A DNA stretch of 64,000 nucleotides from positions 64,001 through 128,000 of the forward strand of contig CAXXVO010000011.1 in NCBI GenBank assembly GCA_963422645.2. Reading direction: 5' to 3'. Made by a program: the position numbers and the translations under genes. The DNA comes from Alphaproteobacteria bacterium. Lineage in GTDB: Bacteria > Pseudomonadota > Alphaproteobacteria > UBA828. This document shows, in pieces, positions 51,216 to 61,836 of the stretch. The notes under the pieces are model-generated. The model was given only the letters and a program-made list of their open reading frames with translations, was not told where the DNA came from and searched no databases. Position 1 is the first letter of the stretch. Each line of letters opens with the position of its first letter.

Positions 51216-52656
51216 ATGGGCGGGTTCGCGGAGTACGAGTCTTACGATGCGCTCGGTCTCGCGGCGCTGGTGAAGGCCGGCGAGGTCAGTGAGACCGAGG
51301 TGCTGGAAGCGGCGATCGCGCGCGTGGAATCGCGCAACCCGACAATCAACGCGGTCGTGATGGAGCTCTACGACCACGCCACGCAGGCGATCGAGGCAGG
51401 CCTGCCGGAAGGCCCGCTCAAGGGCGTGCCCTTCCTGCTCAAGGATCTCGGCTCGGCGCTCGCAGGCGCCAGGACCGCGCGCGGCAGCCGCTTCTTCGCC
51501 GACCTGCCGCCTGCGACAGAGGACAGCGTCCACGTCACCCGCCTCAAGCGGGCCGGCATGGTGATCTACGGCAAGACCAGCACCTGCGAGCTTGGCGCCA
51601 GCCTCACCTGCGAGCCGCAGCTCTACGGCCCCTCGCGCAACCCCTGGGACCTGGAGCGGACTCCGGCGGGCTCCAGCGGCGGCGCTTCGGCAGCGGTCTC
51701 AGCCCGCTTGCTGCCCATCGCCCACGCCTCCGACGGCTTCGGCTCGATCCGCGCGCCGGCGGCTTCCTGCGGCCTGGTGGGCCTGCGCCCGACCCGGGCG
51801 CGCAACACCATGGCGCCCTACTTCGGCGAATCGCTCGGCGGGCTCGCAATCGAGCACGCGGTATCGCTCACGGTCCGAGACAGCGCGGCGCTCCTCGATG
51901 CCACGTCAGGCCCCGCGCCCGGCGATCCCTACATCGCGCCGCCGCCTGCCCGCCCCTTCCTCGAAGAGGTGGGCGCCGGTCCCGGCACGCTTCGCATCGC
52001 CTTCACCAGCAGGGCGCCCAACGGCGCGCCGGTGGTGGCCGACTCGTTCAGGGTCCTGCAAGAGACCGCGTCGCTCTGCGAAGACCTCGGCCACCGGGTC
52101 GCGGAAGCCGATCCCGCAATCGACAGGGCCGACGTGATACCGACCTTCCACACCATCAGCGCGATCCAGATCCTCTACCTGCTGCGCGCACATCCCTCGG
52201 GCCGCACGCCTGCGCCGGGCGAGCTGGAGACCGTGGTCGCCGACAGACACGGCCAGGCTCGCCGAGACCATCGACGGCACGACTTACATGGCTGCGGTCC
52301 ACACGGCGCACCGCATCGGCCGCCAGATGGCGGCGTTCCACGCGGACTGGGACGTGCTACTCACCCCCGGGCTCGGCACGCTGCCGCCCAGGCTCGGCTG
52401 GATGGACATGATGATGGAGGACCTGGAGGAATACTGGCGCCGGGTATTCGAGTTCAGCCCCTTCACGGTCTGGTTCAATCTCACCGGCCAGCCGGCCATG
52501 ATGATCCCGTTAGGCACGACCGAGAGCGGCTTCCCGGTCGCCGTGCAGGCCATTGCCCGCCACGGCGACGAGGCGACGCTCTTCCGCCTCGCCGCTCAGC
52601 TGGAAGAAGCGCGTCCCTGGATCGACCGCCGCCCGGCGTGGACTACGGCGGGCTAA
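51216..52656 (+). pseudogene. Amidase signature family enzyme, frameshifted at GACAGACA 52242-52249
   Basis: GVPFLLKD, GSSGG and SDGFGSIR motifs; the C-terminal ORF has FNLTGQPA. Confidence 0.85.
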
Positions 52657-54983
52657 GCCCTGACCCGCGACTTCTCGGGATCGTAGAAGGGAAACTGCAC
52701 GACCACCGCCTCGAGGCGTTTCTGCACGCCGTCGAGCTGGCCGACCTCGACGGCGGTCCCGAGCGCGGCGTGTTCCACCGCCATGCGGCAGAGCGCGATG
52801 GACTTGCCCGAGATCGGCGAGCGGGCGCCCGACGTGACCACGCCGACCCGGTGGCGGCCGACGATCACGCCATCGCCGTGGCCCGCCACCTCGTCGCCCG
52901 TGAGCTCCAGGCCCACCAGCACGCGCTGCGGGTTTGTCTTGCGTTTGACCAGCGCCGCCTTGCCGCAAAAGTCGTCATCCTTGGACTTGAGCGGCACCGT
53001 GAAGCCGATCCCCGCCTCGAAGGGGTCGGTCTGATCGTCGAATTCGTAGCCTGAGAAGATCAGCCCCGCCTCGATCCGCAGGATATCGAGGGCCTCCAGG
53101 CCGAGCGGGCTGAGTCCGTGCGGCTCACCCGCCGCCCAAACCGCATCCCACACCGCTTCGCAGTCCGAGGGGTGACAGAAAATCTCGTAGCCGAGCTCGC
53201 CGGTGTAGCCCGTCCTCGAGACCACGAGCGCTGGCCCGTCCGGATCGCCCAGCCGGCCGATGGAGAAGCGGAACCACCCAAGCTCGCCGATGCTCGGCTG
53301 GGCCGGCGGGGTCCACACGACCTCGCTCACCAGCTGCCTGCTCAGCGGCCCCTGAACAGAGAGGTTGTGGAGCTGGTCGGTGGACGAGCGGACCCAGACG
53401 TCGAGGCCGAGCTTTTCGGCCTGCTCACGCAGCCAGACGCCACCCTGATCGCAGCCGCCGATCCAGCGGAAGTTGTCCTGGCCCAGCCGGAACAGGGTCC
53501 CGTCGTCGAGCATGGTGCCGGTGTCGTAGCACATGGCGGTGTAGACCACCTGGCCCACGGCGAGCTTGCGCACGTTGCGGGTGAGGCAGTGCTGCAGCAG
53601 CGCCTCCGCCCCCGGCCCCAGCACCTCGAACTTGCGGAGCGGCGAGAGATCGATGGCGGCGACGCGCTCGCGGCAGGCCCAGTACTCGGCGATGGGCCCG
53701 ACACCGGTGTAGCTGTTGGGCAGCCAGTAGCCGTTGTACTCGACGAGATCGCGCGTGCGTCCGCTGGTGCGGGAGTGGAAGCCGGTTTCCTTGGTCATGG
53801 TCACGTCCGCATCCGGTTGTTTGTAGTGGCCGACGGCGCGCGTGAAGGACTGCGTCTCCGGATAGACGCGCACGTGGATGTCGGTGGGGTTCCAGCCGTT
53901 CGCCGCGTCGATGTCGTCCGGGCAGGCGGAAGAGACGCAGACCAAGTCGGTCAGCGCCCGCAGCAGAACGTAGTCGCCGGGGCGCGACCAGGGCTCGTCG
54001 AGGGTAAAAAGGTTCTCGCCGTCGACGACCGTGTTGTAGAAGAAGTTCATCGCCATCCAGCCGCGCCGGGGCTGAATCGCATAGGTCTCCAGGGCCGCAT
54101 TGAAGTTGTCGGAGCAGTTGGCGTGGCCGGGGTAACCCTGGTCTTCGTAGTACTTGGCCATGCAGGCCAGCCCGAAGGCGTCGTGGCGCATGCAGGTGTC
54201 CTGCACCACCTCGAGCAACGCCGCGAAATCCTGGTCAAGATACTTCGCCCGCTGCCCCGGATGGGGATAGCCGAGCCCCATCAGCGAGCGGGTCGTGGTC
54301 ACGTCGAGGCAGCGCTCGACACCCTCGTCCAGCCGTGCCCGGTGGAACGCCTGGAAGTCCGTGCACTGGCGCCCCTCGACATCGATGACCTGGATCCACT
54401 CGCCGGCGCGCACCTCGTAGCTTCCAGCCGTGCGGCGGTCGATCCGCTGGTCGAGGCGCGGGTCCGCCAGCGGCTCGGGCAGGACCGCTTCGCCGGCCGG
54501 CGCGGCGCCGGCGGCACGCTCGACGAACACCACGATCGGCGTCGGCGGGTCCTGCCCGTCGGCCGCCATCGGTGCGCCGGGCGTCGCCACGATCACCGCG
54601 CCGGCGCCGCTCGCGGTGAATGACGCCTCTTCGCCGGCGCGGCTCTCCGGCCCGAACAGATCGAGAGACGAGGCACCGGCGAGGTCCCGGTCGATGCTGG
54701 CGACACCCTCGGCAACCAGCCGGCGCAGGCCGGCGGCGCTTCCCCCTGCCCTCGCCCCCAGCAGGTCTTCGGCAAGCCGGCCGTCGTCCGCCAGGCAGAC
54801 AAGCTCGCAGGCCTGCCCGCCTTCGGCGTTGATGAGACGGATGACGTCGCCGCCCTCAATCCCTATGGCCCGCGCGCTTCGGCCCGGAACGACATGGCGT
54901 TCCACCCCGGGCGGGAGAGCGAGCAGGCCGGGCCGCCGCACGCCGCGGGACAAGCGAACTTCGCTGGCCGAAACGAGTTCCAT
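52653..54983 (-). CDS. tdm: Trimethylamine N-oxide demethylase (DUF1989 plus GcvT-like aminomethyltransferase)
   Basis: RHDAFGLAC-x12-HxxC...SSACPDD metal-site pattern followed by a GcvT domain (RTGYTGELGYE, RIEAG); directly downstream of a tmoXWV-like transporter. Confidence 0.85.
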   Translation of the reverse strand: MELVSASEVRLSRGVRRPGLLALPPGVERHVVPGRSARAIGIEGGDVIRLINAEGGQACELVCLADDGRLAEDLLGARAGGSAAGLRRLVAEGVASIDRDLAGASSLDLFGPESRAGEEASFTASGAGAVIVATPGAPMAADGQDPPTPIVVFVERAAGAAPAGEAVLPEPLADPRLDQRIDRRTAGSYEVRAGEWIQVIDVEGRQCTDFQAFHRARLDEGVERCLDVTTTRSLMGLGYPHPGQRAKYLDQDFAALLEVVQDTCMRHDAFGLACMAKYYEDQGYPGHANCSDNFNAALETYAIQPRRGWMAMNFFYNTVVDGENLFTLDEPWSRPGDYVLLRALTDLVCVSSACPDDIDAANGWNPTDIHVRVYPETQSFTRAVGHYKQPDADVTMTKETGFHSRTSGRTRDLVEYNGYWLPNSYTGVGPIAEYWACRERVAAIDLSPLRKFEVLGPGAEALLQHCLTRNVRKLAVGQVVYTAMCYDTGTMLDDGTLFRLGQDNFRWIGGCDQGGVWLREQAEKLGLDVWVRSSTDQLHNLSVQGPLSRQLVSEVVWTPPAQPSIGELGWFRFSIGRLGDPDGPALVVSRTGYTGELGYEIFCHPSDCEAVWDAVWAAGEPHGLSPLGLEALDILRIEAGLIFSGYEFDDQTDPFEAGIGFTVPLKSKDDDFCGKAALVKRKTNPQRVLVGLELTGDEVAGHGDGVIVGRHRVGVVTSGARSPISGKSIALCRMAVEHAALGTAVEVGQLDGVQKRLEAVVVQFPFYDPEKSRVRA

Positions 54984-55008
54984 GACGTGCGCCTTTCCGC
55001 AAATCCGC

Positions 55009-57009
55009 TCAGGCCAGGCCCAGCTGGCGCCGGCGCTGCTCGGACCACTCCACGACCAGGCGATCGACCGTGAGACCGATGAACGCCACGCAGAGGCCGA
55101 TCACGAGGCCCTTGCCCGCGTCGGCGAAGGTGAGCGCCCGGAAGATCTCCTGCCCGAGGTCCTTGGTCCCGATGAAGGCGGCGATGATCACCATGAAGAG
55201 CCCGAACATGATGGTCTGGTTGACCCCCAGCATGATCTCGGGGAAGGCCAGCGGCATCCGCACCTTCCAGAGGATCTGCCGGGGCGTGCAGCCGGCGGTG
55301 ATCGCCGCCTCGATGGTCTCGTTGGGCACGCCGCGCAGGCCGAAGATCGTGTAGCGGACGATGGGGATCGCCGCGTAGATCACGATGGCGGTAATCGCCG
55401 CCACGTCGCCCACCTGGAAGAGCATGATCACCGGGATCAGGTAAATGAACGACGGGAAGGTCTGAAAGGTATCGCAGAGCAGCTGCACGAAGCGGGTGCG
55501 TCGCGCCGTCTTCGATGCCCAGATGCCGAGCGGCAGCCCGAAGATCAGGCAGAGGATCAGCGCGAAGAAGACCATATAGGCGGTGATCGTCGCTCGCTCC
55601 CAGAAGCCCGTGAGCGCGATGAAGGTGACGAAGCCCGCCGTCGTCGCCGCCAGCCGCGGGCCCGCGAGGCGCCAACCGATGGCGCCGGCCAGCGATGCCA
55701 CCGCAATCCACGGCATCCACTGGAAGCCCGTGCGCAGCGGGATCAGCACGTGAACGAGCAGGCCGTCGCGAATGACGGAAAGCGGGTCGTAGAGCGCGAA
55801 CGTGACGGCATCGACGACCATGTCCCAGAAGGGCGCGGTGGTGATCGTTGCGGACCTGGGCAGCGTCTGGGCGTAGGGCGTCAGCAACGACGCGACGATC
55901 GACACGACAATGACGACCGCGGCAACCGTCAGATAGGGATGCACGCGCCAGAAGGGGCCGTCGGGGCGACGCTCGGGCTGCTTCTCGGAGAGCGCCCGGC
56001 TCAGCCGGTCGAGCATCACCGCCATCAGCACCACGGCGACGCCGTTCTCCAACGCCTGCCCGAGACGCAGGCTCTGAAGGCGGAAGAGCAGGTCCTGCCC
56101 CAGCCCCTTGGCGCCAACGAAGGAGGCTATCACGACCATCGCCAGGCACTGCATGATGACCTGGTTGACGCCGAGCATGAGCGAATCGCGCGCGGCCGGA
56201 ATCTCGACCCTCAAGAGCATTTGCCAGCGCGTGCAGCCGGCCATCACGCCGGCCTCGCGCACTTCCTCGGAAACGCCTTTGAGTCCGAGGACAGTGAGCC
56301 GCGTCATCGGCGGTATGGCGAAGAGGATGGTGGCGATGGCGCCGGCCCGGTGAGAGACGCCGATGAAGAGCGCCACCGGGATCAGGTAGGAGAAGTGAGG
56401 CAGCGACTGCATGACGTTGAGGATCGGCCACAGCACCCGCTCGAAGGGCGGCGACTTGGCCCCCATCACGCCGAGTACAAGGCCGACGGCGGCTGCGATC
56501 GGCGCCGCGACCAGGACGACGGAGAGAGTCGTCATCGAGAGCGACCATTTGCCGAAGAGGGCGAAGTAGACGATGCAGCCGCCGGCCAGCAGCGCGAGAC
56601 GCCAGCCCTTCAGCCACCAGCCGAAGACCGCGGCGAGGCCGGCGATCATCACCCATGGGATGGCGGGGATACCGATCGACTTGAAGCCGTCCGCAAGCAG
56701 GCCGTGCACGATGTCGAGCGGCCACTCGATTCCATAGGCGATCGCCCGCGTCACGTCCTTGACCGTGAAAACGCCGAAGAGCTCGTGCTTGTGGAAGACG
56801 TTGACGACGACGTTGATCCAGTCGATGAAGGGCACCGCGATATCCCTGGGCCAGACGATCCCGGCCTCAGGCAGAATGGGCTTGAGCGCGAGCAGAAGGA
56901 CGAAGGGCACCAGAACCAGCAGCGGCCCCGCCCCCGGCATGCGCCAGAGACGACGGGTCGCCGCCAATGAACCTGCGATCGATACCCCGGCGGTTCGCTC
57001 TGCGGCCAT
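55009..57009 (-). CDS. tmoV: TMAO ABC transporter fused double permease
   Basis: Two ProW-like halves (QSLPHFSYLIP and QTFPSFIYLIP; GVNQ twice). Confidence 0.75.
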   Translation of the reverse strand: MAAERTAGVSIAGSLAATRRLWRMPGAGPLLVLVPFVLLLALKPILPEAGIVWPRDIAVPFIDWINVVVNVFHKHELFGVFTVKDVTRAIAYGIEWPLDIVHGLLADGFKSIGIPAIPWVMIAGLAAVFGWWLKGWRLALLAGGCIVYFALFGKWSLSMTTLSVVLVAAPIAAAVGLVLGVMGAKSPPFERVLWPILNVMQSLPHFSYLIPVALFIGVSHRAGAIATILFAIPPMTRLTVLGLKGVSEEVREAGVMAGCTRWQMLLRVEIPAARDSLMLGVNQVIMQCLAMVVIASFVGAKGLGQDLLFRLQSLRLGQALENGVAVVLMAVMLDRLSRALSEKQPERRPDGPFWRVHPYLTVAAVVIVVSIVASLLTPYAQTLPRSATITTAPFWDMVVDAVTFALYDPLSVIRDGLLVHVLIPLRTGFQWMPWIAVASLAGAIGWRLAGPRLAATTAGFVTFIALTGFWERATITAYMVFFALILCLIFGLPLGIWASKTARRTRFVQLLCDTFQTFPSFIYLIPVIMLFQVGDVAAITAIVIYAAIPIVRYTIFGLRGVPNETIEAAITAGCTPRQILWKVRMPLAFPEIMLGVNQTIMFGLFMVIIAAFIGTKDLGQEIFRALTFADAGKGLVIGLCVAFIGLTVDRLVVEWSEQRRRQLGLA

Positions 57010-57013
57010 GGCC

Positions 57014-58036
57014 TTATGAGCGGTCGGTGTACATCGCGTGGACGAGACGGAAGCGGTCGACCACGCCGATCGTCTCGCCCTTCTCGTCGACGACCGCCAC
57101 CGGGCGCTCGGCCTCGATCACTTGCGGCGCGGCGTCCGCCAGCGTGGAGTCCGCCCTGACCTCGCCTTGCGTCGTCTCGCCCGCGGCAGCGGGACGCACC
57201 GCCGTCGCCACGGTGAGCAGGCGATCCCGCGCCACGTCCTTGGTGAACTCGCGCACGTAGTCGGTCTCCGGGTTCTCGATCAGCTCGGTGGCGGTGCCGG
57301 CCTGCTCGATGATGCCGTCCTTCATGATGATGATGCGGTCGGCGAGCCTGATTGCCTCATCGAAGTCGTGGGTGATGAACAGGATCGTCTTCTGCAGCAT
57401 GTTCTGCAGGCGCAGGAACTCGTTCTGCATCTCGCGGCGGATGAGCGGATCGAGGGCGGAGAAGGGCTCGTCGAGGAACCAGAGCTCGGGCCCCACCGCG
57501 AGCGAGCGGGCGATGCCGACGCGCTGCTGCTGCCCGCCGGAAAGCTCGCGCGGGTAATAGCGCTCGCGTCCTTCGAGGCCGACCAGCTCGATCATCTCGT
57601 GGGCACGAGTCTCCCGCGTACGGCGGTTGATGCCCTGGACCTCGAGCGGGAAGGCTACGTTCTGCAGCACCGTGCGGTGGGGAAGCAGCGCGAAGTGCTG
57701 AAACACCATGCCCATCTTGTGGCGGCGCAGCTGCGTGAGTTCCCGATTGGTCGCCTTGAGCAGGTCCTGGCCCTCGAACACGATCGCACCGGCGGTGGGC
57801 TCGATCAGGCGCGCGAGGCAACGGAGCAGCGTGGACTTGCCGGAGCCCGAGAGCCCCATGATCACCAGGATTTCGCCGGCGTTAACCTCCAGCGAGGCGT
57901 CGCGCACGGCGGGGATGTAGCCTTCTTCCAGAATGACGGCGAGGCCGGGCGTGCCCCCGTGCCTGTCCATGAACGACCAGGGCTTGGGGCCGAACAGCTT
58001 CCAAACGCTGCTGCATGTCAGAATCGGCTCGGCCAA
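57014..58036 (-). CDS. tmoW: TMAO/betaine-type ABC transporter ATP-binding protein
   Basis: GLSGSGKS, LSGGQQQR, DEPFSALDPLIR and a CBS-like tail; TTG start after GGAG. Confidence 0.75.
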   Translation of the reverse strand: MAEPILTCSSVWKLFGPKPWSFMDRHGGTPGLAVILEEGYIPAVRDASLEVNAGEILVIMGLSGSGKSTLLRCLARLIEPTAGAIVFEGQDLLKATNRELTQLRRHKMGMVFQHFALLPHRTVLQNVAFPLEVQGINRRTRETRAHEMIELVGLEGRERYYPRELSGGQQQRVGIARSLAVGPELWFLDEPFSALDPLIRREMQNEFLRLQNMLQKTILFITHDFDEAIRLADRIIIMKDGIIEQAGTATELIENPETDYVREFTKDVARDRLLTVATAVRPAAAGETTQGEVRADSTLADAAPQVIEAERPVAVVDEKGETIGVVDRFRLVHAMYTDRS

Positions 58037-58167
58037 ATTGTGTCTCCACCGTTGCGGCGGAGCATAGGCCGCTGCCCCGCCCTGTCGGCGCTGCGCCTCG
58101 TCGCCCGCGGCGCGGGGCGAGACGACCGTACGCCGGTACTATGTGCCGGCAGGAGCGTGAAATAAAG

Positions 58168-58205
58168 CGAGGGCGCCGCCACAGGGAGAAAAGGCGGCGC
58201 CCTCG
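58168..58205 (-). terminator. 13 bp stem-loop downstream of tmoX
   Basis: CGAGGGCGCCGCC-N12-GGCGGCGCCCTCG. Confidence 0.65.
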
Positions 58206-58222
58206 TTGCCAGCGGCGCTAGG

Positions 58223-59191
58223 CTAGTTCACCCAGGACATCCACTTGGCTTCATTGTCGGCCATCCACTGGTCGGCCGCCTCTTCGACCTCCATGCCGTC
58301 GATGTCGACGAGCTTGGACATCACCGCGATATCAAGATTGGACAGGTTCATCTTCGAGACGATGCCATAGGCCGTCGGCCACTTGTCGGGCATGCCGTTC
58401 CAGACGCCGATCTTGAGATAGCCGTCCTTCGGGTTGCCGCAGTCATAGGTCATGTCGGGGTTGGGACCCCAGGCCGGGTCGTCCTTGCAGCCCTCGCCAT
58501 ACTCCGGGAACTCGACGAACTTGCCGTCGTAGATCGCCTCGATGAAGTTGGGCGTCCAGTTGAAGTGCACGATGGGCGCCTTGCGCTCGAACGCCGATGC
58601 GAGCTCCGCCCAGATGGCCGCTGCCGAGCCAGCGTTCACCACCTCGAAGTCCATGCCGAGGCCTTCGACACGCTCGGCGTCGTGCTTCAACCAGTCCACC
58701 GGCCCACCGAGGAAGCGACCCTTCGGGGCCGTCTCGGCAGTCGAGAACATCTCGGCGCAGGCATTCAGCGCCTCCCAGTCGGGCAGGCCCGGGCACTGCT
58801 CCTCGACATAGCTGGGATACCACCACTCTTCGCGGGTCTTGGCGTCGTGAGTCGCGGTGTCGATCACGCAACCTTCGCCAACGACCTTCTCGAACGCCAC
58901 GCCGAACGCGCCCTGCCAGACCTCGTGGACCACGTCGATGTCGCCCTCGCACATAGAGGTGTAAACCACCTGGCTGTCGGCGGGGATGAACTCCGTGGCG
59001 AAGCCCTGGCCGTTCAGAATCTTGCCCAGGACATGGGCACCCACGATCTGGCTCGACCAGTTGTGGATCGGGATCTTGATCGGGTCGTCGGAATCCGCTG
59101 CCTGAGCCACGCCGGACACGGCGCCCGACAGGCCGATCGCGGCCCCTGCGACGAGCGCAATTGCCCACCGTCTCATATTCGTACCCACCAT
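58223..59191 (-). CDS. tmoX: TMAO ABC transporter substrate-binding protein
   Basis: Signal peptide; DPIKIPIHNWSSQIV, HEVWQ, TREEWWYP, CPGLPDW and NWTPNF motifs; context with tdm. Confidence 0.78.
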   Translation of the reverse strand: MVGTNMRRWAIALVAGAAIGLSGAVSGVAQAADSDDPIKIPIHNWSSQIVGAHVLGKILNGQGFATEFIPADSQVVYTSMCEGDIDVVHEVWQGAFGVAFEKVVGEGCVIDTATHDAKTREEWWYPSYVEEQCPGLPDWEALNACAEMFSTAETAPKGRFLGGPVDWLKHDAERVEGLGMDFEVVNAGSAAAIWAELASAFERKAPIVHFNWTPNFIEAIYDGKFVEFPEYGEGCKDDPAWGPNPDMTYDCGNPKDGYLKIGVWNGMPDKWPTAYGIVSKMNLSNLDIAVMSKLVDIDGMEVEEAADQWMADNEAKWMSWVN

Positions 59192-59272
59192 TGTCGCCTC
59201 CTCATTAGTTACACGCATGCCCATGCTATCGTGCGGGGGATCCCGCTCCGAGCTTGCAAGCCTAGAGGGGCG

Positions 59273-59334
59273 TTGTGAACAAGACACACCCTTGCGATAA
59301 ACAGCCTGTAAAAGTTCATGAAAGATGTGAAAAT
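59273..59334 (-). promoter_or_regulatory. Phased degenerate direct repeats, candidate TorR/OmpR-type binding boxes
   Basis: Minus strand ATTTTCACAT, CTTTCATGAA, CTTTTACAGG, CTGTTTATCG, TTGTTCACAA; core spacing 9, 10, 11 and 22 bp. Confidence 0.45.
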
Positions 59335-59364
59335 GCAGAGGAGATCGAGGCGCGGGGCCCGGAG

Positions 59365-59699
59365 ATGACCGACCCCTTTCATATCGTCGTGGTCGAGGAC
59401 GACGCCGTGACCCGCACCAAGCTCGCCGGCTATGCCCAAGCGGCAGGCCATCGGGTGAGCGAGGCGGAGGACGGCCAGGGCATGTGGCGCATCCTCGAGA
59501 AGGATGCCGCCGATCTCATCCTGCTCGACATCAACCTGCCGCGCGAAGACGGCCTCGATCTGACCCGCAAGCTGAGAGCACAGAGCAACGTCGGGATTAT
59601 CCTGGTCACGGTGCGCGACGACGAAGTGGACCGGATCCTCGGCCTGGAGATCGGTGCCGACGACTACATCACCAAGCCCTTCAACCCGCGGGAGCTGCT
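59365..59699 (+). pseudogene. TorR/ArcA-like response regulator, truncated after the receiver domain by IS1634
   Basis: HIVVVEDDAVTR, DLILLDINLP, VGIILVT, DRILGLEIGADDYITKPFNPRELL, then the IS end. Confidence 0.82.
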
Positions 59700-61622
59700 C
59701 CTGACTTCGACGGTTGGGCCGGATTTTGGCTGATCTCCCGTCTGGAGTTTTCTGCAAAGACAATGACTTAGAAGTTGCGGTGCGGTCAAGCCGCTTTGTA
59801 GTGCCTAGTAGGTATATGTGGTTGTCGATACCCCCGCCGCGCGCTACACTTTCCCCGTGTTCGTTCGCATCAAGACCACGCCCAACAGCCCGCGACGCTC
59901 GGTCCAGCTCGTCGAGGCCGTGCGCGACGGCGGCAAGGTCCGACAGCGCATCGTTCGCCACATCGGCGTGGCCATGGACGAGGACGAGCTCGAGCGCCTG
60001 AGGCAGCTCGGCGAGTACGTCAAGGCGAAGCTGGAGGACCAGCGCCAGCCTTTGCTGTTTGCGCCCGAGAAGATCGCAGACCAGGTGATCCGCGTCGGAC
60101 GCCAGGGCGACGGCAAGCAGGAACTCCCGGTCGATCTCAAGCAACTCGAAGAGGAGCAGCGCCTGATCACTGGCGTCCACGAGGTCTACGGCGAGATGTA
60201 CCGCCTGCTGGGCCTCGATGCGCTGCTGCCGCGATCGCGCTACCGGGCCTCGCACGACGCGCTGTTCCACGTGGTGATGGCACGCATCGCCAACCCCGAC
60301 AGCAAGCGGGGCAGCGTGCGCCGGCTCGAGGAGGACTTCGGCGTGAGCCTTCCCCTTGAGAAGGTCTACCGCATGATGGACCAACTCGGCGCGACCGTGA
60401 TCGAGCGTCTGCGCACGCAGGTGGGCGAGGCGAGCCGATCGCTGCTGCCGGAGCCGGTCGCGCTCCTCTTCTTCGATTGCACCACGCTCTACTTCGAGAC
60501 CGCGGTTGAGGACGAGCTTCGCCAGCACGGCTTCAGCAAGGACGGCAAGCACAAGGACTCGCAGGTCCTGCTGGCATTGATGGTGACGCGCGAAGGGCTG
60601 CCGATCGGCTACGAGGTCTTTCCCGGCGCCACCTACGAGGGGCACAGCCTGGTCCCGGTCTTGCAGGACATGCAGCGCCGCCACCAGGTGGAGCGCACGG
60701 TGTGCGTGGCCGACCGGGGCATGCTGAGCGCCGACAACCTCGACGCCATGGACACGATCGGCGGCGAGTACGTCGTCGGCGCGCGGCTGCGCAAGCTGCC
60801 GCTCGCGCTGCGGAAGCAGATTCTCGACCCGGGCACCTATGCCCCGCTGGAGGGCCCGGAGAAGCGCCGGGTCGGCGAATGGGAGCACAAGGGCCGGCGC
60901 CTGATCGTCGTCTTCTGCCCCGTGCGCGCGCGCACGGACGCACACGAGCGCCGCAAGCAGGTGGAGCGCCTGCTCGACAGGCTGGCCCGCAGCGACAATC
61001 CGAAGGAGCTGCTCTCCAATCACGGGGCGAAGCGCTTCATCGCCGTCGAGGGCGAAGCCCGGCTCACGGTGAACCCGGAGAAGATCGCCGAGGCCGAGCG
61101 ATGGGACGGGCTCGCCGGCGTCATCACCAATCTGCGCGACGCCAGCGTCACCGAAGTGATGTCTCACTACCACGGGCTCTGGCAGGTCGAGGAGAGCTTC
61201 CGGATCACCAAGCACGACCTGCGGGTGCGCCCCATCTGGCACTGGAACCCGGACCGGATCCGCGCCCACATCGCCATCGCCTTCATGGCCTTCGCCTGCG
61301 TCCGCCACCTCGCCTACCGCGTCGCCATCCAGAAGCGGCGGATGTCCCCGGAAGTCATCCGCTCCGCCCTCGTCCACCGCCAATGCTCGGTCCTGCGCTG
61401 CCGCCAATCAGGCAACCGCTACGTCATCCCCTCCAAGCCGACACCGGCGGCGGAACAGATCTATGCGACCATGGGGCTGCCCCTGACGATCACCCCGTAC
61501 CAGCTCGACTGACCGCCGACGAAACCCGGCCCGGTCTCGCAGCGCCGCCGGATGTAGTGCCTGGCCGGAAATGAGAACCGGCCAATTTCAAATACTTACG
61601 CGAATCAACCGTCGAAGTCAGG
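59700..61622 (+). mobile_element. IS1634 family element, no target duplication
   Basis: CCTGACTTCGACGGTTG at 59700-59716 and CAACCGTCGAAGTCAGG at 61606-61622. Confidence 0.88.
59857..61512 (+). CDS. IS1634 transposase
   Basis: FFDCTTLYFE, GFSKDGK, VADRGM, YHGLWQVEESFRITK and RIRAHIAIAF motifs. Confidence 0.92.
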   Translation: MFVRIKTTPNSPRRSVQLVEAVRDGGKVRQRIVRHIGVAMDEDELERLRQLGEYVKAKLEDQRQPLLFAPEKIADQVIRVGRQGDGKQELPVDLKQLEEEQRLITGVHEVYGEMYRLLGLDALLPRSRYRASHDALFHVVMARIANPDSKRGSVRRLEEDFGVSLPLEKVYRMMDQLGATVIERLRTQVGEASRSLLPEPVALLFFDCTTLYFETAVEDELRQHGFSKDGKHKDSQVLLALMVTREGLPIGYEVFPGATYEGHSLVPVLQDMQRRHQVERTVCVADRGMLSADNLDAMDTIGGEYVVGARLRKLPLALRKQILDPGTYAPLEGPEKRRVGEWEHKGRRLIVVFCPVRARTDAHERRKQVERLLDRLARSDNPKELLSNHGAKRFIAVEGEARLTVNPEKIAEAERWDGLAGVITNLRDASVTEVMSHYHGLWQVEESFRITKHDLRVRPIWHWNPDRIRAHIAIAFMAFACVRHLAYRVAIQKRRMSPEVIRSALVHRQCSVLRCRQSGNRYVIPSKPTPAAEQIYATMGLPLTITPYQLD

Positions 61623-61726
61623 AGTCATTTCCCGAAATTCCCGTCAAGCCCTTTCCACCAACTCCGAACGAGAAACGCCTCAATCCACTGGCCCAAAATG
61701 ACAAATCAGACGACCTGGGCAGTTAC
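61623..61726 (+). mobile_element. Orphan IS66-type right end
   Basis: GACCTGGGCAGTTAC at 61712-61726 is identical to 46691-46705. Confidence 0.7.
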
Positions 61727-61836
61727 CATATTCGATGGCATCTAGATGTGGCACTTGACAACCGACGCTCTGTTGATCTCGCGCTCTTGGCCAGAATGGC
61801 CGGAAGTTCCCTTCCGGCCATGGAAAGCCCCTTGCT

